Origin: Bacillales bacterium UBA7278
Lineage (GTDB): Bacteria > Bacillota_I > Bacilli_A > RFN20 > CAG-826
Assembly (NCBI GenBank): GCA_002472275.1
Contig: DKRQ01000019.1
Location: 140,279 to 204,278, forward strand
DNA length: 64,000 nt
Reading direction: 5' to 3'
In this document: piece by piece, positions 1-9,628 of the stretch
Position numbering within the stretch: the stretch's first letter is position 1
Layout: each line of letters starts with the position of its first letter
Notes under the pieces: model-generated
What the model was told of the DNA's origin: nothing
Database searches by the model: none
What the model saw: only the letters and a program-made list of their open reading frames with translations
Made by a program: the position numbers and the translations under genes

Positions 1-1159
1 CGGCGCTTCCGAAGGTTACTTCTATGTCCGTGCCGAATACCCGATCGCCGTCGAAAGGCTTCAAAACGCGATCAAGGACATGGAGGCCGCTGGCTTGCTC
101 GGCGACAACATCCTTGGCACCGACTTCTCCTTCCGCGCCCATCTCCGTCTTGGTGCCGGCGCGTTCGTCTGCGGCGAAGAGACCGCCTTGCTTAACTCCA
201 TCGAGGGTAAGCGCGGCATGCCTCGTCCCCGTCCGCCCTTCCCGGCCATCAAAGGCCTCTGGGGCAAGCCGACCTGCGTCAACAATGTCGAAACCCTCTC
301 CCAGATTCCGTTCATCATCCGCGAAGGCGCTTCCGCCTTCAATTCCATCGGCACCGAAGGCTCCAAAGGCACGAAGGTCTTCGCCCTCGGCGGCAAGATC
401 AACAATGTCGGCCTCGTTGAGGTCCCGATGGGAACGACCCTCCGCCAGCTCATCTATGAAATCGGCGGTGGCATCCCTGGTGGCAAGAAGTTCAAGGCCA
501 TTCAGACCGGCGGTCCTTCCGGCGGCTGCTTGACCGAAAAGGACCTCGATACCCCGATCGACTATGACACCCTCGTCGCCCGTGGCTCCATGATGGGCTC
601 CGGCGGCGCCATCGTCATGGACGAGGACAACTGCGCCGTCGACGTCGCGCACTTCTATATGTCCTTCATCTGCGACGAATCCTGCGGTAAGTGCTCTCCC
701 TGCCGTATCGGCACCAAGAGGCTCTACGAGATGCTCACCTTGGTCACCGAGGGCAAGGGCACCGAGCAGACCCTCAAGGACATGGAAGAGCTCGCCAACG
801 TCATCAAGGCCGGCTCGCTATGCGCCCTCGGCCAGACCGCGGCCAACCCGATTCTCTCGACGATGCATAACTTCCCCGAGGAGTACATCGCCCACGTCAC
901 CGAGAAGAAGTGCCCCGCCCACGTCTGCAAGAACCTGATGTCCTATCAGATCATCAAAGACAAGTGCGTCGGCTGCACCCTCTGTGCGCGTAACTGCCCC
1001 GTCTCCTGCATCAGCGCTAGCGACGTCCCTGCCAGACCCATGGTTCCTGGCAAGCCGGCGCTCCCGGGCAAATTCGCCCACGAAATCGACCAAAGCAAGT
1101 GCATCAAGTGCGGCTCCTGCATGGCTGGCTGCCGCTTCGGTGCCATCGTCAAACAGTGA
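1..1159 (+). CDS. NuoF-like NADH-binding subunit of [FeFe] hydrogenase (HydB/HndC-like); 5' end outside window
   Basis: Frame-2 translation from nt 2 reads [15 protein letters not shown]...[32 protein letters not shown] (NuoF 51 kDa signature), then two C-terminal 4Fe-4S ferredoxin motifs ([23 protein letters not shown]); stop TGA 1157-1159. Confidence 0.85.
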   Translation, partial: GASEGYFYVRAEYPIAVERLQNAIKDMEAAGLLGDNILGTDFSFRAHLRLGAGAFVCGEETALLNSIEGKRGMPRPRPPFPAIKGLWGKPTCVNNVETLSQIPFIIREGASAFNSIGTEGSKGTKVFALGGKINNVGLVEVPMGTTLRQLIYEIGGGIPGGKKFKAIQTGGPSGGCLTEKDLDTPIDYDTLVARGSMMGSGGAIVMDEDNCAVDVAHFYMSFICDESCGKCSPCRIGTKRLYEMLTLVTEGKGTEQTLKDMEELANVIKAGSLCALGQTAANPILSTMHNFPEEYIAHVTEKKCPAHVCKNLMSYQIIKDKCVGCTLCARNCPVSCISASDVPARPMVPGKPALPGKFAHEIDQSKCIKCGSCMAGCRFGAIVKQ

Positions 1160-1170
1160 GGTGAACGACC

Positions 1171-2970
1171 ATGGAACAAATCGAAAAGATCAACATCAAC
1201 ATCGAGGGCCGCATCTACTCGGTCCCGAAGAACATGACCGTCCTCGAAGCGGCGAGGCTCGCGGGCTACAACATCCCGACCCTCTGCTACTGGAACCACG
1301 GCCAGAACTCCCTCGCTTCCTGCCGCGTTTGCTTAGTCGAAATCGCGACCGCTAGGGGCGGAAGGCTCTTCGCCTCCTGCGTCTACCCCGTCGCCGACTG
1401 CCCGGCCGACAAGGGATTCGAGATCAAAATCTCCTCCCCGATGGCCGTCCGCGCCCGTCGCGCTTCGGTCGAACTCCTTCTCTCCAACCACTCCATGGAT
1501 TGCCAACCCTGCCCCAAAAACGGGCAGTGCGAACTCCTCCATGTCTCGCAGGTCGTCGGCGCCCGCCCCGAGCAATTCCTCGGCGCGAAGACCCCGACCA
1601 CCCTCGATGAACTCGCTCCCGGCCTCGTCCGCGACACCAGCAAGTGCATCCTCTGCGGCCGCTGCATCGAAAGGTGCAAAGACGCTCAGGGCATCGGCAT
1701 CCTTGGCTTCGAAAAGCGTGGCTTCAACACGATCGTCGCCCCGATTGGCAACCGTTCCTTCTCTGAGGTTCCTTGCCTCCAGTGCGGCCAGTGCATCGAG
1801 GTGTGCCCAACCGGCGCCTTGACTGAGCACCGCGAAATCGAGAAGATCGACGCCGCCAAAGCCGCCGGCAAGTACGTCGTCGTGCAGACCGCTCCCGCCG
1901 TTCGCGCCGCGATCGCCGAGGAATTCGGCCACCGCATTGGTGAGCAGGATGGCACCGGCCGCATGGTTGCCGCCCTCCATCGCCTTGGCTTCGACCGCGT
2001 CTTCGACACCAACTTCGGCGCCGACCTCACCATCATGGAAGAGGCGCAGGAGCTCGTGAACCGCATCACCAAGAAGCAAGTCCTCCCGCAGATCACCTCT
2101 TGCTCCCCGGGCTGGATCAACTACATGGAGTTCTTCTACAAGGACCTCATCCCGAACGTCTCCACCTGCAAATCGCCGCATGAGATGGAAGGGGCCGTCA
2201 TCAAGAGCTACTTCGCGAAATCGCATAACCTCAAACCCGAAGATATCTTCGTCGTCTCGGTCATGCCTTGCACCGCGAAGAAATACGAGGCCAAGCGCCC
2301 GCAGAACGCGGCCGTGAATGGTCTCCCCGACGTCGACGCGGTCATCACGACCCGCGAACTCGCCGTCATGATCAAACGCGCCGGTATCCTCTGGGACGAA
2401 CTCCCCGAGGAAGAATTCGACCAAGACCTCCTTGGCCAATACACCGGTGCCGGCGTCATCTTCGGCGCGACCGGTGGCGTCATGGAAGCCGCGGTCCGTA
2501 CCGCTTACCACACCCTCACGGGCAAGGAGATGAATCCCATCGAATTCAAGCCCGTCCGTGGCATGGAAGCCGTTAAGGTGGCCGAGGTCGAGGTTGCGGG
2601 CATCACCCTCAAACTCGCCGTCGCTTCCGGCATGAAGAACGCCAAACCGCTCCTAGACGAAATCAGGGCCGGCAAATCTCCCTATCACTTCATCGAGATC
2701 ATGTGCTGCCCCGGTGGCTGCGTCAATGGCGGTGGCCAACCCTTCGTCAAACCCAACCTCCTTCCCCACGAAGGACCCGACGTCCTCGACACCTATCGTC
2801 AGAAGAGGGCCGCTATCCTCTATAAGATCGACGAGGGCTTGCCGCTACGTCAATCCCACAACAACCCCGACATTCAGAAGCTCTACAAGGACTTCCTTGG
2901 CGAGCCCTGCTCCGAGGAATCCGAGGAACTCCTCCACACCACCTACGTCGCTGACCGCAAGGCCTACTAA
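1171..2970 (+). CDS. hydA: [FeFe] hydrogenase catalytic subunit HydA (HndD-like)
   Basis: N-terminal 2Fe-2S and 4Fe-4S Cys clusters; H-cluster motifs TSCSPGW, MPCTAKKYE, EIMCCPGGCVNGGGQP; 12 nt after upstream stop. Confidence 0.9.
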   Translation: MEQIEKININIEGRIYSVPKNMTVLEAARLAGYNIPTLCYWNHGQNSLASCRVCLVEIATARGGRLFASCVYPVADCPADKGFEIKISSPMAVRARRASVELLLSNHSMDCQPCPKNGQCELLHVSQVVGARPEQFLGAKTPTTLDELAPGLVRDTSKCILCGRCIERCKDAQGIGILGFEKRGFNTIVAPIGNRSFSEVPCLQCGQCIEVCPTGALTEHREIEKIDAAKAAGKYVVVQTAPAVRAAIAEEFGHRIGEQDGTGRMVAALHRLGFDRVFDTNFGADLTIMEEAQELVNRITKKQVLPQITSCSPGWINYMEFFYKDLIPNVSTCKSPHEMEGAVIKSYFAKSHNLKPEDIFVVSVMPCTAKKYEAKRPQNAAVNGLPDVDAVITTRELAVMIKRAGILWDELPEEEFDQDLLGQYTGAGVIFGATGGVMEAAVRTAYHTLTGKEMNPIEFKPVRGMEAVKVAEVEVAGITLKLAVASGMKNAKPLLDEIRAGKSPYHFIEIMCCPGGCVNGGGQPFVKPNLLPHEGPDVLDTYRQKRAAILYKIDEGLPLRQSHNNPDIQKLYKDFLGEPCSEESEELLHTTYVADRKAY

Positions 2971-2989
2971 GCGAAAAGGAAAACAACTA

Positions 2990-3012
2990 GGGTCGCACAC
3001 GCGACCCTTTTT
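2990..3012 (+). terminator. Rho-independent terminator after hydA
   Basis: GGGTCGC-ACAC-GCGACCC perfect 7-bp stem followed by TTTTT. Confidence 0.7.
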
Positions 3013-3043
3013 GATTGCCCCGATAACCCTTATGATTATCTCT

Positions 3044-3703
3044 ATGAGATACGACGCGATCATCTTCGATTTGGATGGCACCCTCCTCGACACGATTGAG
3101 GACATCTCCGCGGCGATCAATTCCGCGCTAGAAAAATGCGGCTATAGCCATCGTTACGATAAAGAGGGAACCAAGCACCTTATCGGCGATGGGGCGGATG
3201 CCTTGGTCAGAAGGGCACTTAAGGAAAAAAGCGGCGATTTGCAGGCGTTTAACGAGCTAAAAGGCTTCTATATGCCCATCTATCGCGAGCATAACTGCGA
3301 TAAGGCGAAACCGTTTCAGGGGCTCGTCGAGACCCTCGTTTCCCTTGAAAAGGAAGGCGTTTCCCTATTCGTGGCGACCAATAAGCCGGACGCCTTGGCC
3401 CAGGTGGTCCTCGCCAAGAAAATGGGCGAGGTCCATTTCAAGGCGATCGTCGGCGTGAAAGAAGGCGACCCCGTGAAACCCAATCCCTATAGCGTCAACC
3501 TCATCATGGACCGTTTTGGCTTAGAAAAAGAAAGAACCCTATATGTGGGGGATTCCCATGTCGACCTGGACACCGCGGCAAACGCGGGTCTAGACGCTTG
3601 CCTTTGCCTTTGGGGCTATGACTTCTATACCGATGAACTCAAGGCCCGCGCGGGCTATTTGGCCAAGGTTCCCGCCGATCTACTAGAAATCGTAAGGGGT
3701 TAA
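3044..3703 (+). CDS. HAD-superfamily hydrolase (phosphoglycolate phosphatase-like)
   Basis: MRYDAIIFDLDGTLLDT (DxDGT motif I), KPNP and GDS.D motifs; tracked ORF 2714 start is an out-of-frame overlap with hydA, real start ATG 3044 (or 3032). Confidence 0.8.
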   Translation: MRYDAIIFDLDGTLLDTIEDISAAINSALEKCGYSHRYDKEGTKHLIGDGADALVRRALKEKSGDLQAFNELKGFYMPIYREHNCDKAKPFQGLVETLVSLEKEGVSLFVATNKPDALAQVVLAKKMGEVHFKAIVGVKEGDPVKPNPYSVNLIMDRFGLEKERTLYVGDSHVDLDTAANAGLDACLCLWGYDFYTDELKARAGYLAKVPADLLEIVRG

Positions 3704-3744
3704 GGGTTCTTTGCTAGGCAAAGAGTAAAGAGTAAGATAGGGCC

Positions 3745-5094
3745 ATGCGTAAAGTCGTTCTGTTCAATTCATTAGGCAAAAAGATGGAGGAATTCGTCCC
3801 CATAGAGCAGGGGAAGGTTTCCTTTTACGTCTGCGGCCCAACCGTCTATAACTCGCCCCATATCGGCAACATGCGTCCTGTCATCGTCTTCGACGTATGG
3901 AGGAGGCTATTCAAGGCCATCGGCTATGAGGTGACCTACGTTTCCAATTACACCGACGTCGACGATAAGATCATCAATAGGGCAAAGGAACTTGGAATCT
4001 CCGAGAAGGAGCTCACTGAAGAGGTCATCGCCGAATTCCGCGACATGGTCGAAAAAGTCGGCTCTCTGCAACCCGACATCACACCCAAGCCCACCGTCTA
4101 CATGGACGAGATGATTTCCTATATCGGCGATATGGTGAAATCGGGCGCGGCCTACGAAGCCGATAACGGCGACGTCTATTTCTCCGTGGAATCGGTAGGG
4201 GATTACGGCTCTTTGTCCGGGAACACTCCCGAAGCCCTTAACGCTGGCGCCCGTATCGAGGTTAGGGGAGCGAAACGTTCTCCGCTAGATTTCGCCCTTT
4301 GGAAGAAAACCGAAGAGGGCATCCGTTGGGATACCCCATGGAGTCAGGGACGTCCAGGATGGCACACCGAATGCTGCGTCATGATCAACTCGATCTTCAA
4401 GGAGCAGGGCGGCCTCATCGATATCCACGGCGGAGGATTCGATTTGAAGTTCCCCCATCACGAGAACGAAATCGCTCAGGCCGAGGCCCATAACCATCAC
4501 AAACTTGCCCATTATTGGATCCATAACGGTTTCATCAACATCGATAACGAGAAGATGTCCAAATCCCTTGGCAACGTTTTGCTCGCAAAAGACATCATCG
4601 CCAAATTCGGCGGCATGCCTTTCCGCCTGATGGTCCTCAACGCCCATTACAGGGCCCCGCTTTCCTTCACCGAGGAAACGATCGGGGAGGCCGAGAAATC
4701 CTATCAGAAGATCCTTTTGGCCTATAAGCAGGCCGCGGTGGCTCTTCAATTAGAAGGCATCGATCCATCTTCCTTAAAAGGAGAGGGGGAGGACAAGTTC
4801 CTCGACGCGATGTGCGACGATCTCAATACGCCTAACGCCCTCTCCGAGCTCTACGCCGAAATCAAGGTCCTTAACCAATCCCTTAGGATGCGCCCGCTTA
4901 ATCTAGACTCGGTCAAGGGTAGCCTAGGCAAGCTAAACGATTATCTGAATATCCTTGGTATCCAAGTTCCTTATCCCGTTCTTTCCGATGAGGATAAGGC
5001 CCTCTATAAAGCCTATATAGACGCGAAGGCGGCGAAGGATTTTGCCAAATCCGATGAGCTGCGCGCCCTTCTTTCCGCGAAAGGAATCCTCTAA
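3745..5094 (+). CDS. cysS: cysteinyl-tRNA synthetase
   Basis: CGPTVYNSPHIGN (HIGH) and KMSKSLGN motifs, class I aaRS length. Confidence 0.95.
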   Translation: MRKVVLFNSLGKKMEEFVPIEQGKVSFYVCGPTVYNSPHIGNMRPVIVFDVWRRLFKAIGYEVTYVSNYTDVDDKIINRAKELGISEKELTEEVIAEFRDMVEKVGSLQPDITPKPTVYMDEMISYIGDMVKSGAAYEADNGDVYFSVESVGDYGSLSGNTPEALNAGARIEVRGAKRSPLDFALWKKTEEGIRWDTPWSQGRPGWHTECCVMINSIFKEQGGLIDIHGGGFDLKFPHHENEIAQAEAHNHHKLAHYWIHNGFINIDNEKMSKSLGNVLLAKDIIAKFGGMPFRLMVLNAHYRAPLSFTEETIGEAEKSYQKILLAYKQAAVALQLEGIDPSSLKGEGEDKFLDAMCDDLNTPNALSELYAEIKVLNQSLRMRPLNLDSVKGSLGKLNDYLNILGIQVPYPVLSDEDKALYKAYIDAKAAKDFAKSDELRALLSAKGIL

Positions 5095-5107
5095 AGGGGT
5101 ATTTCAA

Positions 5108-5833
5108 ATGGAAGAGAAGCGTTATATCATTGCAGGCAGAAACGCAGCCCGGGAAACGATTCTTTCCGGGAACGCTAAGTCGGTTCTTATCAAAGAGAAC
5201 CTGCAAGGTGACCCCGTGGTCCGCTTGGCAAAGGAAAAGGGAATCCCCGTCCTCTTCCGTAGCGATTTCGAACTTACCAGACTTTGCGGTACCTCCCATC
5301 ATCAGGGTATCGCGGTCGAGGCTAAGCCTTACGAGTATTACGATCTTTCTTCCATCATCGCGTCCGCATCCGGCAAAAAGGATTCGACCGTTTTGATTTT
5401 AGACGGCATTGAGGATCCCAATAACCTCGGCGCGATCCTACGCTCCTGCGACGCTTTCGGCGTCGACGGGGTCGTCATCAAATCCAGGGGCGAAGTGGGA
5501 CTCACCCCAACCGTTGCCAAGGTCTCCACCGGCGCGATCTCCTACGTGAAGGTCGCCTGCGTTCCCAATCTCTCCCAAGCCATCTCCGAACTCAAGGACG
5601 CCGGATACTGGGTCGTCTCTAGCGACGGCTCGGCCAAGATGTCCTATGAAGACGTCGACTATTCCGGCAAGATCGCCTTGGTCGTCGGAAGCGAGGGATT
5701 CGGTATCTCCAAACTTGTGCTTTCCCGTAGCGACTTCATCGTGAAGATCCCGATGGTAGGGCATGTCAATTCGCTTAACGCCTCGGTGGCCGCCGGCATC
5801 CTAATCGCCCATATTTCCCATAAAAGATCGTAA
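5108..5833 (+). CDS. rlmB: TrmH/SpoU-family 23S rRNA 2'-O-methyltransferase (RlmB/YacO-like)
   Basis: SpoU methylase motifs (LILDGIEDPNNLGAILRSCDAFG; VVGSEGFGIS); conserved position after cysS as in Bacillus; start ATG 5108 not tracked 5042. Confidence 0.8.
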   Translation: MEEKRYIIAGRNAARETILSGNAKSVLIKENLQGDPVVRLAKEKGIPVLFRSDFELTRLCGTSHHQGIAVEAKPYEYYDLSSIIASASGKKDSTVLILDGIEDPNNLGAILRSCDAFGVDGVVIKSRGEVGLTPTVAKVSTGAISYVKVACVPNLSQAISELKDAGYWVVSSDGSAKMSYEDVDYSGKIALVVGSEGFGISKLVLSRSDFIVKIPMVGHVNSLNASVAAGILIAHISHKRS

Positions 5834-5869
5834 AACCCGTATATTTTGCAAAATTGCGAGGTTTTACAA

Positions 5870-6505
5870 ATGCCAAAAACAAAAGATGTTTTTCATTCCC
5901 CTTTGGAGAATCTTTCCGACGAAGAGCTGATCGTCCATCTCCGCTCAGGAGAGGAAGCGGCCCGCGCGACTTTGGTCGAACGTTACTTCCGTCAAAACGA
6001 ATTGAGGCTCCGCTCCTCCGTTCTTCCACCTACCCCTTTTCTAGCGGAATGGCAAAGGAAGGAAGTCTATTTCAGGACCCTTTGCCACGCCTCCGACACG
6101 TATCGATTCGGAAATAAAAGCACCTTCTCGACTTATTTCACGGCGTTACTGAAAAGGGAAATCGCCGAAGAGAACAGGAAGGAAAGCCACCGCGTCGAGG
6201 CGATCGCCCTTAGCCTTGACCATGATCCAACCCGTCAATTCGACGAGAGCTTGCTGCTATCGGAAGCGGTGCCCGCCTATGGAGGGAAGGACCCGGTTGT
6301 CTTAGAGGCCTACCATTCCTCTTTGGCGGATTCCCTTCGCAAGCCGCCTGCTGGCTATTCCAAAAAAGTGGTGGACGTCGTGCGTCTTCTCATCGAGGGC
6401 TTCAGCCTCCCCGAGGCGAGCCTCATGATCAAGGAAAAGCCGAACACGGTGCAGAACTGGTTCAGGCGCCTAAGGAAAGAGAAGAAGTGGCCCTTCGGGG
6501 AATAG
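5870..6505 (+). CDS. sigma-70 family sigma factor, SigH-like
   Basis: Region-2-like DEELIVHLRSGEEAARATLVERYF...STFSTYF and C-terminal region-4 HTH; position after rlmB matches Bacillus sigH; GAGGT RBS favours ATG 5870 over TTG 5846. Confidence 0.55.
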   Translation: MPKTKDVFHSPLENLSDEELIVHLRSGEEAARATLVERYFRQNELRLRSSVLPPTPFLAEWQRKEVYFRTLCHASDTYRFGNKSTFSTYFTALLKREIAEENRKESHRVEAIALSLDHDPTRQFDESLLLSEAVPAYGGKDPVVLEAYHSSLADSLRKPPAGYSKKVVDVVRLLIEGFSLPEASLMIKEKPNTVQNWFRRLRKEKKWPFGE

Positions 6506-6542
6506 AAAAAGGCCCGCGGGATTCGCGAGCCTTCGATAAGCC

Positions 6543-7097
6543 TTAGATCTTCTCGATTTCGGAGAAGTCGACGTCGACCGGGGTGGAACGGCCGAAGAAG
6601 ACGGTTTCGACACGGCAGGCGCCGGTCTCTTTGTCGATGGAGACGATCTTGCCTTCGGTTCCCTCCAAGGGTCCGTGGATGACCTTGACGTTGTCGCCGA
6701 CGGCGTAACGGTCGTACATGGATTCGTCGACCATGCCCATCCTCTTGAGGACGGGTTCGATTTCCTCACGGGTGACCGGGGTCGGCTTCTGTCCGCCGCC
6801 GCCGGAACCGGCGATACCGGTGACGCCCGGGGTGTTACGGACGATGTACCAGGATTGGTCGGTCATGATCATTTCGACGAAGATGTAACCAGGGTAGAGG
6901 TTGACCATTTTGGTCTTGCCGGTGGGAAGGCCGTCTTTCATGACGGGGACTTCCTGTTCGGCAACGAGGACGCGGAGGATATAATCCTGCATCCCCATGG
7001 TTTGAATACGTTTCTTCAGGTTTTCAGCGGTCTTGGTTTCGTGCTGAGAGTAGGTATTGATGATATACCACTGTTTTTCACCGAGCTGTGCGGGCAT
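6543..7097 (-). CDS. nusG: transcription antiterminator NusG
   Basis: NGN motif KQWYIINTYSQHE and C-terminal KOW (GDNVKVIHGPLEGTEGKIVSID). Confidence 0.9.
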   Translation of the reverse strand: MPAQLGEKQWYIINTYSQHETKTAENLKKRIQTMGMQDYILRVLVAEQEVPVMKDGLPTGKTKMVNLYPGYIFVEMIMTDQSWYIVRNTPGVTGIAGSGGGGQKPTPVTREEIEPVLKRMGMVDESMYDRYAVGDNVKVIHGPLEGTEGKIVSIDKETGACRVETVFFGRSTPVDVDFSEIEKI

Positions 7098-7098
7098 T

Positions 7099-7293
7099 TT
7101 ATTTTCCTCCGAATGCTTTCTGTAATTGGGAGATGAGGGAACCGGCGGTAAGGTCCTCGAGGGTCAGCCATAAAGCGGCGAACCCGGCGATCAAGATAAC
7201 GACGATGATGGTCGGGATGAGGACTTCCCTCTTCGGCCAACGGACGCGCTTGCCTTCCTTGACGACTTCCTTGGCGTATTTCTTAGGTGTCAT
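7099..7293 (-). CDS. secE: preprotein translocase subunit SecE
   Basis: 64 aa, MTPKKYAKEVVKEGKRVRWPKREV plus one TM helix; GGAGA RBS; tracked ORF is over-extended upstream. Confidence 0.75.
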   Translation of the reverse strand: MTPKKYAKEVVKEGKRVRWPKREVLIPTIIVVILIAGFAALWLTLEDLTAGSLISQLQKAFGGK

Positions 7294-7306
7294 TTCGTCT
7301 CCTTTC

Positions 7307-7456
7307 TCACTTGCTCTCCTTGTGGACGGTGTATTTTCCACAATGGGGGCAGTATTTGTTGAGCTCCAAGCGGTTTGGGTCATCGGTTCTTTTGCTGGAG
7401 GTGTAGTTCCTGTTAAGGCACTCAGAGCAAATCAAAAAAACCTTTTTCCTAGCCAT
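7307..7456 (-). CDS. rpmG: 50S ribosomal protein L33
   Basis: 49 aa MARKKVFLICSECLNRNYTSSKRTDDPNRLELNKYCPHCGKYTVHKESK (L33 zinc ribbon); below the ORF-track length cutoff; found by manual reverse translation. Confidence 0.8.
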   Translation of the reverse strand: MARKKVFLICSECLNRNYTSSKRTDDPNRLELNKYCPHCGKYTVHKESK

Positions 7457-7470
7457 GCTTATGCTCAACT

Positions 7471-7499
7471 TTCGTGCAATATGCTACGCGCGCCAATAG
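7471..7499 (-). promoter_or_regulatory. putative sigma-A promoter for rpmG-secE-nusG
   Basis: On minus strand TTGACA, 17 nt, TAGCAT upstream of rpmG start. Confidence 0.4.
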
Positions 7500-7505
7500 G
7501 GGTTG

Positions 7506-8060
7506 TCAAGAGTTGTGGACGGGTCTTGGGTCGTAGGTCAAAAGAACTCGCGCTTCTTCGTTGTTCAGGGCGGAGCAAACCAAATAACCCGAATCGACTT
7601 CGGACATTGGCACCAAGGCTTTGTCCTGGGCGATGGCGTAGGTTTTCTCGATCATCGAATCCAAGGAAACGCCGGTTGGTTGAGCGATAACCCCATTGTT
7701 GACCGCGACTTCGTGGACGGAGCCACGGGTGACTTTCGCGGAAACGAATTTCCCATCCTTGATCTTCGCGATGCGGGGCCCCATGTCCAGAAGCCATAGT
7801 TCGCCCGTGTATTCGATTTCCAAAGCGTCACCGGGGACCAAACTATCGGCGCCGATGCTTTCGGGGAGGAAATCAGGGAACCGGGTGTCGCCCCAGATAA
7901 AGCCGCAGTGGGTTACGTCGGTTTGGCCATAGGTAGGCCACAAGGCAATTTCCTTGACGCAGGTTTTGGTCTCGGCCCCCCCGCAAGAAGCTAAAACGAG
8001 CAAGGGAAAAACAATGATTTTTGCAGATTTAACGTTTTTCATAAACAGATTCTCTAGCAT
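7506..8060 (-). CDS. hypothetical lipoprotein
   Basis: Signal peptide with lipobox LASCGG; AAAGGGGA RBS. Confidence 0.6.
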   Translation of the reverse strand: MLENLFMKNVKSAKIIVFPLLVLASCGGAETKTCVKEIALWPTYGQTDVTHCGFIWGDTRFPDFLPESIGADSLVPGDALEIEYTGELWLLDMGPRIAKIKDGKFVSAKVTRGSVHEVAVNNGVIAQPTGVSLDSMIEKTYAIAQDKALVPMSEVDSGYLVCSALNNEEARVLLTYDPRPVHNS

Positions 8061-8129
8061 GGGTTATCCCCTTTATTAATCGAGGGCACAAGCGGCCCTT
8101 TGTTAGCCCCATTATAAACTTATCGATGT

Positions 8130-8167
8130 CAAAAAAACTTGAAAGTGGCGTGAATCACACGTGATTG
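8130..8167 (+). promoter_or_regulatory. conserved ~38-nt element, copy 1 (A-run, TTGAAAGTGGCGTGAATCACACGTGATTG)
   Basis: Near-identical to 43315-43354; contains palindromic TCACAYGTGA core; lies between divergent genes. Confidence 0.35.
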
Positions 8168-8230
8168 ATCATGAATGGTGTTTTGCTTTTTTGGTTCTTC
8201 TTTTAAGAAAGCTCCCGAAAAGCCTACACT

Positions 8231-9628
8231 ATGGAAGCGATGCTTAGATTCTTTTCCGCCATCAAATCGTTCTTCCTGAAAATCTTCGGGAAAAAGCAGC
8301 CGCCTCTGCTCCCGCGGCGAATCTTTTTCCATTATGCGAAAGGGTTTATAGAAGACGCAGAAGAAGACGTCTATTACACGGATTCCTACTTTTGCGAAGA
8401 TTCTTCGAAAGCCAACCCCTCCCTGGCGGTTTGTTCCCTTGGACTAGCCATGTCCGCGTTTAGCTCCAACCACCTCAAGGAAGGCTTTGAAAAACAGGCC
8501 GTCAACGTCATTGAGTTCATGGGCAAGTGCGGCTTCTCCGGCATTGAAGTCCCTCCCTATTTTTGCAAGGAAACCACGGAAGAAGGAATCGCCTATGCAA
8601 TTGGCAAAAAGACCATAAAGCACGGCAAAAAGCCCTTTATTTTGCTTTCTATCGGCGTTAGGGGAGGCAATTACGGCAAGGAATGGTCGTCCAACGCCTA
8701 CATAGGAGAAGGCAATAGGCACAAGGGCTTTGACCTTGCCGCTTCAGAAATCGTCGAGGCGACGAAAGCCTATATCCAAAAGCATCGTATCCGCGGCGAG
8801 GTCAGGGTGTGGGTAAGCGGCTTCTCCAGGGCGGCAGCGGTCAGCAATCTTTTCTCGGTTAGCCTTCCTAGACAAATCGGCAAGGCCCATATCAGCGAGG
8901 TCTACGCCTATTGCTTCGCCTGCCCCAACGTTGCCAAGGAAATCGAAGAGACCCTCACCGTCCCCCATAACTATGTTGGCTCTGCTGATTTGGTGGCGAT
9001 GCTTCCCCTAAAAAAGTGGGGATTCGCCCGCTATGGCGAGGACACGATGGTCCCGCCTTTAAGCCCCATGCCCTTTTCCTCCGTCTCGTTTAGTCCGATC
9101 CACGTTTTCAACAAGCAAAAGAGATTTGTTAGGACCGGCGGTTTGGACAAGGCGAAATTCCTCGCGGAAGCGGGCGACTATTTGGGCGAGCGCATCACGC
9201 TGCCTTTCTTCTTGGAAAACTGCCAAGACGCGGCAAGGGAGTTCTTGGCACTGGTCGACCCCACTTTGGAAAACCCCTATTCGGTCGTGGGCGGTGTCTT
9301 CGGCGAAACTTTCAAAGGGATGATCGAGGAGTATGGAATCCCCTCTTTGCTATTAAAGGCCGCTTCTAGCAAAACCAACTGGGATGAGGCGATTCGACCC
9401 GTTTTGGAAAGGGTGCTCGAAAGCAAGCCCTATTCTCTGAATTCCGATAACATCGTCCGTGGTTTGACAAGCCTCATCTTCTTGTTAAGAAAAGACGTGC
9501 TCAAAGACCATAACTTCTTTTTGACAATGTGCGACGGCGCGAACATGGCGTCGGCCTTAAACGAGCATAAAGCCGCCTTATACTTGGCGTATCTAAAAGG
9601 GCTTGACCCAAATTACAAAGCGGATTAG
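8231..9628 (+). CDS. hypothetical protein, possible alpha/beta-hydrolase (lipase class-3-like)
   Basis: G-F-S-R-A-A nucleophile-elbow-like motif (VSGFSRAAAV); no other recognisable signature. Confidence 0.45.
   Translation: MEAMLRFFSAIKSFFLKIFGKKQPPLLPRRIFFHYAKGFIEDAEEDVYYTDSYFCEDSSKANPSLAVCSLGLAMSAFSSNHLKEGFEKQAVNVIEFMGKCGFSGIEVPPYFCKETTEEGIAYAIGKKTIKHGKKPFILLSIGVRGGNYGKEWSSNAYIGEGNRHKGFDLAASEIVEATKAYIQKHRIRGEVRVWVSGFSRAAAVSNLFSVSLPRQIGKAHISEVYAYCFACPNVAKEIEETLTVPHNYVGSADLVAMLPLKKWGFARYGEDTMVPPLSPMPFSSVSFSPIHVFNKQKRFVRTGGLDKAKFLAEAGDYLGERITLPFFLENCQDAAREFLALVDPTLENPYSVVGGVFGETFKGMIEEYGIPSLLLKAASSKTNWDEAIRPVLERVLESKPYSLNSDNIVRGLTSLIFLLRKDVLKDHNFFLTMCDGANMASALNEHKAALYLAYLKGLDPNYKAD

Noticed and set aside
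2714-3043. N-terminal 110 aa of tracked ORF 2714-3703
   Set aside because: Out-of-frame overlap with the 3' end of hydA and across its terminator; the HAD domain begins at MRYDAIIFDLDG (ATG 3044)
3704-3744. T-box leader expected upstream of cysS
   Set aside because: Only 41 nt separate the HAD gene and cysS; no specifier or T-box sequence present
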